DNA of 24,000 bases from the sequence record MH729379.1; one strand, 5' to 3'. Source of the stretch: Aerococcus phage vB_AviM_AVP. Position numbers and translations under genes: made by a program. Shown here in pieces: positions 17,325 through 24,000 of the stretch. A model generated the notes under the pieces. It had not been told where the DNA came from and ran no database searches. It saw only the letters and a list, made by a program, of their open reading frames with translations. Numbering within the stretch: position 1 is the stretch's first letter; each line of letters opens with the position of its first letter.

Positions 17325-17708
17325 CTAATTTAAAACTTCTAATAACATTGAATACTGTGGTGATACTAATACTTTTACAATTCCTAAACCTGTTTCTGTT
17401 AGGAGCAGTACTACAGCTGTGATAGCTAACCACTTAGAAATATTAAACATTTTATTTCGTTTGGACCTAGCTTTTTCCTTCGCCTCTTCCTTCATAGCAT
17501 ACTTAAGGTCTTCATTATAGTTTATCGTCAAGAATGCAGTTACGAACAACCCTATTACAACAACAGTAAAACCAAGTGAGATAGTTCCTGTAATATCACT
17601 AATAATTTTATGATACATAAATTGTTCTTGAATAACTGGTAGTAACTCTACTGCACTCTCAAATGCAATATCTAGTTTCTCTGCTAATGTTAATGCTAAC
17701 TCATTCAT
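17325..17708 (-). CDS. Small membrane protein, 127 aa, inserted in the tRNA operon
   Basis: AAAGGGG upstream of ATG 17708; two predicted TM stretches (GTISLGFTVVVIGLFVTAFLTI and WLAITAVVLLLTETGLGIVKVL); TAG stop. Confidence 0.72.
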   Translation of the reverse strand: MNELALTLAEKLDIAFESAVELLPVIQEQFMYHKIISDITGTISLGFTVVVIGLFVTAFLTINYNEDLKYAMKEEAKEKARSKRNKMFNISKWLAITAVVLLLTETGLGIVKVLVSPQYSMLLEVLN

Positions 17709-17759
17709 ATTTCTTTCCCCTTTATAAATATAAAATTTTTATTTACTCTTTATAGAGTA

Positions 17760-17830
17760 TCGCCCTTAACGGATTTGAACCGCTATCTCTACCATATATA
17801 TAGTAGGCTTTACCATTAAGCTAAAAGGTG
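17760..17830 (-). tRNA. tRNA-like gene with atypical anticodon loop (AT repeat); anticodon unresolved
   Basis: Acceptor CACCTTT/AAGGGCG (one A-C mismatch), D-arm GCTT AATGGTA AAGC, T-arm AGCGG TTCAAAT CCGTT. Central arm CTACT ATATATAT GGTAG has an 8-nt loop. Confidence 0.6.
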
Positions 17831-17869
17831 GGTGGGGGATAATTAGATAATTACCCCGTTTTATGTTAA

Positions 17870-17941
17870 TGAGAGTACTAGGGGTCGAACCTAGATTGGA
17901 GGATTAGAAGTCCTCTGTACTATCCATTATACTATACTCCC
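17870..17941 (-). tRNA. tRNA-Arg(TCT)
   Basis: Acceptor GGGAGTA/TACTCTC, anticodon arm GAGGA CTTCTAA TCCTC, T-arm CTAGG TTCGACC CCTAG. Confidence 0.94.
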
Positions 17942-17949
17942 GTATCTAT

Positions 17950-17978
17950 ACTATAACATGTATGTTTTATATTGTCAA
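17950..17978 (-). promoter_or_regulatory. Promoter P1 of tRNA operon
   Basis: Minus strand TTGACA - 17 nt - TATAGT, about 9 nt upstream of tRNA-Arg. Confidence 0.85.
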
Positions 17979-18016
17979 GTACTTTTAAAAACTTTTTTAT
18001 TTACTTAACTAACTAT

Positions 18017-18045
18017 AGTTTAACATGTATGTTTTACAATGTCAA
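18017..18045 (-). promoter_or_regulatory. Promoter P2
   Basis: Minus strand TTGACA - 17 nt - TAAACT; flanking sequence is an imperfect copy of P1. Confidence 0.65.
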
Positions 18046-18084
18046 GTAGTTTTAAAAACTTTTTTAATTACTTTGACTAATTAC

Positions 18085-18114
18085 ATAATACCATATTTAT
18101 TTATGTTTGTCAAA
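18085..18114 (-). promoter_or_regulatory. Promoter P3
   Basis: Minus strand TTGACA - 18 nt - TATTAT. Confidence 0.65.
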
Positions 18115-18191
18115 TAAATTTCGTAATTTTATTAAAACAAATATTTGAATGGTTGCCAGGATTAAAATCATGTTTCCTATTGACTAACTAC

Positions 18192-18220
18192 ATATTATCA
18201 TAATTAAATAACTATGTCAA
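18192..18220 (-). promoter_or_regulatory. Promoter P4
   Basis: Minus strand TTGACA - 17 nt - TAATAT. Confidence 0.65.
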
Positions 18221-18260
18221 ACTTTTATTTAAAATATTTAGTAACTTAATTTCTGAATTA

Positions 18261-18289
18261 ATTATATTATCTATAGATATAGAAGTCAA
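18261..18289 (-). promoter_or_regulatory. Promoter P5
   Basis: Minus strand TTGACT - 17 nt - TATAAT. Confidence 0.75.
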
Positions 18290-18328
18290 GTTTATTTTAA
18301 ACAAATATTATTTTGAGTAAGTACAGGG

Positions 18329-18453
18329 ATGTCCCTAACTTTTTTCTTATCCTCCTATATAATAATTACTATAATAATATTATAATATTAATATTTAATA
18401 ATAATTATATAATAATATATACTATAGGAGAACCAAATTTAAGTTAGGGACAT
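18329..18453. repeat. Paired inverted-site element, copy 1
   Basis: ATGTCCCTAACTT (18329-18341) and AAGTTAGGGACAT (18441-18453) flanking nested CCTATA/TATAGG and an almost pure A/T tract. Confidence 0.85.
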
Positions 18454-18554
18454 TTTGAATAAACATCCATCTATTCAAAAGTATAACTATTTTGAGTAAA
18501 GGGTATTATTCCTCAGAAAAGTATCAATATGATTAATAATAATTAATACATGAC

Positions 18555-18680
18555 AATGTCCCTAACTTTTTTTCTAATGTCCTATACTATATAATACTAT
18601 AATATTAATAAATAATAATTATATAGTTAATAATAATAGATATAATTATATAGGAGAACCAAATTTAAGTTAGGGACATT
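18555..18680. repeat. Paired inverted-site element, copy 2
   Basis: AATGTCCCTAACTT (18555-18568) and AAGTTAGGGACATT (18667-18680) with the same nested CCTATA/TATAGG arrangement. Shares TATAGGAGAACCAAATTTAAGTTAGGGACATT with copy 1. Confidence 0.85.
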
Positions 18681-18711
18681 ATGAACAATCAAAATTAATT
18701 ACTCAGAATGT

Positions 18712-18740
18712 TTGACAACTATTCTAAAATATGTTATAAT
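18712..18740 (+). promoter_or_regulatory. Promoter upstream of helicase
   Basis: TTGACA - 17 nt - TATAAT, full consensus. Confidence 0.88.
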
Positions 18741-18757
18741 AAATATAGGGAATAGAT

Positions 18758-18786
18758 TTGACAAACAAAAATAAATATGATATAGT
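18758..18786 (+). promoter_or_regulatory. Second promoter upstream of helicase
   Basis: TTGACA - 17 nt - TATAGT. Confidence 0.8.
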
Positions 18787-18821
18787 ATAGTTATTAGGGA
18801 AGCTATACTTAAAGGAGTTGA

Positions 18822-21026
18822 ATTAAAATTCTAACAATTACAAGAGATAACGCCTGGACTTTCATAGATTGTTCAGAAGAGAGTGAGCAGTTTAGGAACG
18901 CTTTAAATAGTCAGCTCCATTTTAAATTAGGAGTTAGGGAAGAAGGCTATCAGTTTTCTAAAGCATATAAAATGGGTCTAACAGATGGGTATACTGATTT
19001 CCATGAGAAGACACCTTTAGGGTTTAAGGTGCCAAGTGGATTAACAGATATGTTGATTGAAGTTCTAGGGGAATGGCAGAATCAACAATACTTTGAGTTT
19101 ACCTATATGGATAACAGACCTGACCCAATTCTACTGAGTAGTGATGTTAAATTTCCAATACAAGTTGGGGAAAAGACCTTAAGAGATTATCAAGAAGAGG
19201 CAGTAATCGCTAGTTTAAATAATCTTACAGGAGTCATAAAACATTCAACGAATAGCGGAAAAAGTAGTACTGCTCTAGGACTTATTCAAGAGTTACTACC
19301 ACACACAGATAAAGATGAGCGAATTGCTTTCTTCACAGAATCAACAGCCATCTTTAATCAAATCTATAATGAGTTTAGTGAAACGCTTGATGTACCTGTA
19401 GGTAGATGGGGAGCTGGTAAGAAAGACATTAAGAAAGTAACCGTAGTAATGGTACAGACAATCTATGCTGGTGTAAAAGCAGACCCTGAGAAAGGATTAA
19501 AGCTAACACCTAAACAGCGTATCCAAAAGAAAATGACTAAAGAGATTTTACCTATTATTGAAAATACGGTTAATCCTAAACTAGTACTACAAAACTTTGT
19601 ATCTACATTCAAAGTTAAGACTAAGGCTGACCAAGATTTTCTTGATGAAGTAAACGAAGTAATTAAGAAGTCTGAGTCAGGAGCTAAAGCTAAGTTCCAT
19701 GTAAATAAATATGGAGCTGAGTACCAAAAGATTGTTAAAAAGAAAGCTGAGAAAGTTTACAAGAAGAATAAAGAGGCAATGGACTTCTTAGAATCTTTAG
19801 TAGGATTTATCGTTGATGAATGTTTAGTTGAGGACACACTAATTACTAAGTTAGACGGTACCCAAGACTATATTCAAAACTTTAAAGTCGGAGATGAAAT
19901 TGTTGGTGGTGTAATTGAGGACATAAAGGTTACAGAAAAAGAAACTGTAAAGATAGTTCACCAAAATGGGGAAATTAGTGGCTCACTAACACACCCTACA
20001 TACGTTGTTAAAGCTAAAGATTATAAACAAGGAAACTGGGAGTCAAAGATTTTACCATTTATGGCAATTGAAAATGGAGATTTCCTATTACACTTTGATG
20101 ACTTTGATTACACATTATCAAAAGTTATCGGTATTTATGAAACAGGTAAACAAACTGTTTATGACTTTACAACAACTACTCATACATTCATTGCGGATAG
20201 CACCTTAACAGCTAACTGTCACCATACTAAGAGTGATAGTTTCTATAAGACTTTCTTACACGCTGAAAATGCAATTTATAGAATTGGGCTTACAGGTTCT
20301 ATTGACCAAAATGACCCAATGCTAGTACAACGATTAAGAGCAACATTCTCTAAGGTAATATCAGAAACTAGAAACAGTCAAATGATTGAACGTGGTATTA
20401 GTGCTAAGCCAACAATATATTTCTCAACAATCGAACATGTGTTAAACGATATTGAGGAAGAACTACCAAATGGTGAGGTTGAAATTATTAAGAATGAACC
20501 AGTAGATATTTCTTTAAATAAAAACTATATGGATTCATATGATAAAGGTATTGTTAAAAATAATTATAGAAATACAGTTATTGCTAAAATATCTGAAATC
20601 AATTATAATAAAGGCAGAGGGGTATTAATTATCCTAAACCGTATTGAGCATGGTGACAGTATATCACACATGTTGGATACCTTAGGAATACCACATGCCT
20701 TTGTACAAGGTGAGATGGAAGTTGAAGAACGAGAGAAACATTTTACCGACATGAAACAAGGAAAGTTAAAAGTATTAATTTCTACAAGTCTAATGGACGA
20801 GGGTGTGGATATTAGTGGTATTGATGCGTTAATAATGGGTGCTGGTGGTAAGAGTCTACGCCAAGTATTACAACGTATTGGTCGTGGTTTACGTTATAAA
20901 GATGATGGCGAGAACAAGCTATATGTTTATGACTTTACAGACCGTGTAAATGACTTCTTATTCTCACACTATAAACAACGTAGAGAAATCTATGAAGAAG
21001 AAGGGTTTGATATAGTAGATTTGTAG
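18822..21026 (+). CDS. UvsW-like DExH superfamily 2 helicase with in-frame intein; apparent non-canonical ATT start (track ORF begins at internal ATG 18972)
   Basis: N-terminal extension IKILTITRDNAWTFIDCSEESEQFRNALNSQLHFKLGVREEGYQFSKAYKMGLTDG resembles the UvsW N-terminus. Walker A HSTNSGKSS, DExH motif VDE|CHH, motif VI QVLQRIGRGLR. AAAGGAG at 18811-18817. Confidence 0.8.
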   Translation: MKILTITRDNAWTFIDCSEESEQFRNALNSQLHFKLGVREEGYQFSKAYKMGLTDGYTDFHEKTPLGFKVPSGLTDMLIEVLGEWQNQQYFEFTYMDNRPDPILLSSDVKFPIQVGEKTLRDYQEEAVIASLNNLTGVIKHSTNSGKSSTALGLIQELLPHTDKDERIAFFTESTAIFNQIYNEFSETLDVPVGRWGAGKKDIKKVTVVMVQTIYAGVKADPEKGLKLTPKQRIQKKMTKEILPIIENTVNPKLVLQNFVSTFKVKTKADQDFLDEVNEVIKKSESGAKAKFHVNKYGAEYQKIVKKKAEKVYKKNKEAMDFLESLVGFIVDECLVEDTLITKLDGTQDYIQNFKVGDEIVGGVIEDIKVTEKETVKIVHQNGEISGSLTHPTYVVKAKDYKQGNWESKILPFMAIENGDFLLHFDDFDYTLSKVIGIYETGKQTVYDFTTTTHTFIADSTLTANCHHTKSDSFYKTFLHAENAIYRIGLTGSIDQNDPMLVQRLRATFSKVISETRNSQMIERGISAKPTIYFSTIEHVLNDIEEELPNGEVEIIKNEPVDISLNKNYMDSYDKGIVKNNYRNTVIAKISEINYNKGRGVLIILNRIEHGDSISHMLDTLGIPHAFVQGEMEVEEREKHFTDMKQGKLKVLISTSLMDEGVDISGIDALIMGAGGKSLRQVLQRIGRGLRYKDDGENKLYVYDFTDRVNDFLFSHYKQRREIYEEEGFDIVDL
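19821..20216 (+). mobile_element. Mini-intein (132 aa) inserted between VDE and CHH of the helicase Walker B/DExH motif
   Basis: N-terminal block CLVEDTLITKLDGTQDYIQNFKVGDEIVGG, block B-like GSLTHPTYVV, C-terminal KQTVYDFTTTTHTFIADSTLTAN followed by +1 Cys. Removing it restores FIVDECHHTKSDSFYKTF. Confidence 0.93.
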
Positions 21027-21060
21027 GTAAGTAGGAAAAGAAAGAGAGGAGTCGACTATA

Positions 21061-22869
21061 TTGAATTTGTTGACTAAAGAATTAAGCGTATCAGAGAACG
21101 CTGAGCACATTGCTAAAGACATGGCTCGATTATCTGTAAAAGTAAATAATAACATTGTAACTAAAGTAGACAGAAAAGTATACGCACAAAAATTTGATAA
21201 AGCAACTAGAACCATTACTCGCTGGATTAAAGAGCTAGAGGATGCAGGATTTATTATCTCTCGTGCTAAGAAAACTGGTAACAATGGTTTTGCTGTTTAT
21301 ATTCTAAACGAGGAATACGTTAAAGTAGACCAAGAGAAAACGAACCCATACTTAGATGAAAACTTTAATGCAGAACAATTTAAAGACTTGTTATCTCCTA
21401 AGGTGTCTTATACACCTAAACGGAGATACCGCTCTAAAGAGGAGATAATGGCAGAGAAAATGGCATTAAAAGCGGACCAAGACTACAGAGATAAACTAAA
21501 TAACCAACTAAAAGATATGGCATATCCTACAAGAGAATGGTTTGACCAACTAGATGAACCTGAACGGTATTACCGAGCATGGACAGTATCTAAAATGTAT
21601 GATGCACTAACAGTATTAGTACCTGAGCAACTACATAGAGATTTAATTACTGGACTATATGAAGATGGTAATACTCACTTTACAGATGAAATGGGTATTG
21701 CTCAAGGACTTAGAAATACAATAATGCACAATTCTAAACGTACTAGTATTCCTGTGGACTTTGTAGGAGACAGAAACTTTACAGTATTTTTAAAACTAGT
21801 GGACTTCTTCCAAGAGAACAATATCGACCCGCTATTGTATTTATCTCATACATTTAGCTACTCACGTTTCTTATTCTTTGAAAGTGGTTTAAAGAAATTC
21901 CGTATTCCTTATGTGAATACTCTTTTATCAGATAAGACAAAAGATAAGTTCTTTAACTCTAAGAAACACTTTGCTGAGTTAGCTGAACGTATGCCTTGGT
22001 ACTACTCACGTAAGTCACCAATGAAATACCAAGTAGAGATTAATTATGAAATCCTAATGGCTTTAAAACATAGCTATACTGTAGCTGATAGAGTAGATGA
22101 ACAAGCTACTTTGCAAAAAGAATTAAAACAAAAAGGTTTCTTCCAAATCAATATGGTGCCTACTCCACAAGAGAAATCTGTGTTAGGATACTATAAGGAT
22201 ATTACAGCTAAGATTGCTGATGCAGACTTAACAGAAGAAGAAACAAAAGAAGTTAAATACTTTGTAGAGAAGAACTTGAAGTACTTTATCTCACGTGTAC
22301 CTTTCTCAACAGATTATGTAATGGACTTCCCTGAGGCAATCAAATATAATATTGATGAGTTCTTAGAGAATGAAGAAGAGGGCGCAAACATTGAACCACT
22401 ATTTATTAAGTTAGGTAATGTGGAACAAGACTTTGGTAAAACATTCCAATCCATTGTAGACGAGTTCAAGATTCGTGGATATAAAACATATACTTCATTT
22501 ACTAAACATAAAGAGTTCTTTGATGTATTTAGAACAATTAAATCTTACATGGGTAAAGATATTGACTTAGATATTTTAACAAGTGCTATGGAAAAGGTAG
22601 GTAGAGACGAGTTCCCTATGAAAGATAATGGAACACTAGACTTTATAGCTATTTCTAAACAGTACTTAGGTGAGGATATTGATGGTCTTTACAATGCAAA
22701 TGCTGGTGAAGTAGAGTTTGCTCACTTAGATAATGAAGACCCAGTAAACTATAACTGGTATGCACCAACAGCTAAATATGAGTCCATTAATATTAATGGA
22801 CTAAGAACCCAAAATACTGAGTTCTATAAGCGACTAGAGTTACTAGCTAGTTATGTAAATGAAAAATAA
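21061..22869 (+). CDS. Rep-like replication protein with N-terminal winged-helix region (TTG start)
   Basis: 602 aa; FDKATRTITRWIKELEDAGFIISRAKKTGNNGFAVYIL winged-helix-like. Position between the two helicases as in SPO1/Twort-like phages. Confidence 0.65.
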   Translation: MNLLTKELSVSENAEHIAKDMARLSVKVNNNIVTKVDRKVYAQKFDKATRTITRWIKELEDAGFIISRAKKTGNNGFAVYILNEEYVKVDQEKTNPYLDENFNAEQFKDLLSPKVSYTPKRRYRSKEEIMAEKMALKADQDYRDKLNNQLKDMAYPTREWFDQLDEPERYYRAWTVSKMYDALTVLVPEQLHRDLITGLYEDGNTHFTDEMGIAQGLRNTIMHNSKRTSIPVDFVGDRNFTVFLKLVDFFQENNIDPLLYLSHTFSYSRFLFFESGLKKFRIPYVNTLLSDKTKDKFFNSKKHFAELAERMPWYYSRKSPMKYQVEINYEILMALKHSYTVADRVDEQATLQKELKQKGFFQINMVPTPQEKSVLGYYKDITAKIADADLTEEETKEVKYFVEKNLKYFISRVPFSTDYVMDFPEAIKYNIDEFLENEEEGANIEPLFIKLGNVEQDFGKTFQSIVDEFKIRGYKTYTSFTKHKEFFDVFRTIKSYMGKDIDLDILTSAMEKVGRDEFPMKDNGTLDFIAISKQYLGEDIDGLYNANAGEVEFAHLDNEDPVNYNWYAPTAKYESININGLRTQNTEFYKRLELLASYVNEK

Positions 22870-22872
22870 CCC

Positions 22873-22901
22873 TTGACAACTTAAATTTATTTTGTTACTA
22901 T
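22873..22901 (+). promoter_or_regulatory. Promoter upstream of DnaB-like helicase
   Basis: TTGACA - 17 nt - TACTAT. Confidence 0.7.
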
Positions 22902-22936
22902 TAGTATATAAATATAGATAAGGGGAATTAAAAATT

Positions 22937-24000
22937 ATGGCAAGGGTATTAGAACAACAATTATTTTACAGAGGAATCGTGGAACCTAGTTTTGGAATGA
23001 GTAGTTTGGTTAAGCTAAATCCAAACACTCTTTCTGAAACTGAGAAACCACTATATACAGCTTTAAAGAAACACTACAGAACAAAGAGTACAACACCTAC
23101 TAAAGAAGACATTTTATTGTCTATTGAATCAGACTTAGAGAAAAGACATAAAGAGGTTGATAAAATCTCTGAGGCATTGGACTATGCAGTTGATGTTTAC
23201 AACTTAGTCAATGAAGAGGGTAGCGTAACAGATAGCACTAGGGAGGCTACTAACAAATATGTTACCCAAAACCTAATGATGAGTAAGATTAATGAGTACT
23301 TAACTAAAGAGGGAGATAACTTAGGAGATACTGAGGTTCTTTCTAAATTAGCCGAGGACATTAATGAGATTGCTCATATTGATGTAAATGCTGACAAGTA
23401 TAACACTTTAGACTTAATCAATGATACTGACCGAGTATTAGACTTGTATGACAACTTGGTTAAGAATCGACAATCTACAGGTTTTGCACAGATTGATGAG
23501 ATTACTGAGGGCGGTATTGCTCGAGGTGAGGTTGGTGTAATCATTGGTTCTACTGGTGGTGGTAAATCAGCTATTGCAACACAATTAGCTGTAAACTACT
23601 CACGTTTTGGTCAGAATGTACTATTCATTTCCTTAGAGGAAAGTCAAGACCGTGTAGCTTTGAAGTTTGACCAAATCTTATCGGGTGCTGAAAGAAGTTT
23701 CTTTGTTAATGAATTAGGGCAAGTTAACAAAGAGAATGTATTGGCTACTCGTAAAGTCTACAAGACGGATAGTTTAATGCTAGGGAACATTAGATTATTT
23801 AACGAGAAACCACAATCAGTAAGCATTAATGATATTGATGGGTACCTTAACAACTTGAAATTTAACGGGGAAATTTTCCCTGATGTAGTTGTACTAGACT
23901 ATCCTGAATTAATGATTAACCCACATACACGATATGTTAGTGAGTCAGATGCTGGTGGTAAACTATATGAAGACATTCGTTCTTTAGCTAAAAAACATAA
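22937..24000 (+). CDS. DnaB-like replicative helicase (RecA-fold), truncated by window end
   Basis: Open frame from ATG 22937 to the edge; Walker A IIGSTGGGKSAIATQLAVNYSRFGQNVLFISLEES and Walker B-like PDVVVLDYPEL. Not in ORF track because no stop is in the window. Confidence 0.85.
   Translation, partial: MARVLEQQLFYRGIVEPSFGMSSLVKLNPNTLSETEKPLYTALKKHYRTKSTTPTKEDILLSIESDLEKRHKEVDKISEALDYAVDVYNLVNEEGSVTDSTREATNKYVTQNLMMSKINEYLTKEGDNLGDTEVLSKLAEDINEIAHIDVNADKYNTLDLINDTDRVLDLYDNLVKNRQSTGFAQIDEITEGGIARGEVGVIIGSTGGGKSAIATQLAVNYSRFGQNVLFISLEESQDRVALKFDQILSGAERSFFVNELGQVNKENVLATRKVYKTDSLMLGNIRLFNEKPQSVSINDIDGYLNNLKFNGEIFPDVVVLDYPELMINPHTRYVSESDAGGKLYEDIRSLAKKH

Noticed and set aside
20005-20208. 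67-aa ORF in an alternative frame
   Set aside because: Entirely inside the intein coding region in another frame, with no RBS.
1173-21284. Antisense or alternate-frame ORFs at 1173-1355, 3568-3810, 8213-8398, 10203-10463, 12532-12747, 13112-13375, 13931-14236 and 20964-21284
   Set aside because: All overlap well-supported long CDS and have no credible independent signals.
115-24000. Full genetic code 4 (TGA=Trp) usage
   Set aside because: Long genes such as 11070-14549 and 8323-10485 use TGG throughout and have no in-frame TGA. A fully recoded AT-rich genome should show many.
115-24000. CRISPR array, transposase, integrase or anti-phage defence cassette
   Set aside because: No regularly spaced direct repeats and no recognisable transposase, integrase, Cas or toxin-antitoxin proteins in the window.

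Overview
This 24 kb, AT-rich window looks like part of a large SPO1/Twort-like (Herelleviridae-like) myophage genome of a low-GC Gram-positive host. From left to right it holds: (1) a lysis and peptidoglycan-hydrolase block with an amidase/LysM endolysin, a small membrane protein, a glucosaminidase and a secreted LysM+SleB-like hydrolase; (2) a baseplate/tail module at 5.3-14.5 kb with gp25-like, baseplate J-like, tail and DUF4815-like proteins; (3) a minus-strand stable-RNA operon at about 18.0-15.2 kb with five canonical tRNAs (Arg-TCT, Thr-TGT, Ser-GCT, Asn-GTT, Tyr-GTA), several non-canonical tRNA-like elements, and a 576-nt highly structured RNA with paired ends, ended by a rho-independent terminator; (4) the replication module, with a UvsW-like helicase carrying an intein, a Rep-like protein and a DnaB-like helicase cut by the window edge. 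The observations most worth following up are: the large ROOL/GOLLD-like RNA in the tRNA array; a 132-aa mini-intein splitting the DECH Walker B motif of the helicase; near-absence of TGA stops plus an in-frame TGA inside a well-formed membrane-protein gene; an apparent ATT start for the helicase; five stacked minus-strand promoters; and two tandem copies of an AT-only tract flanked by inverted sites just upstream of the replication genes. All product names come from reading motifs, with no database search.
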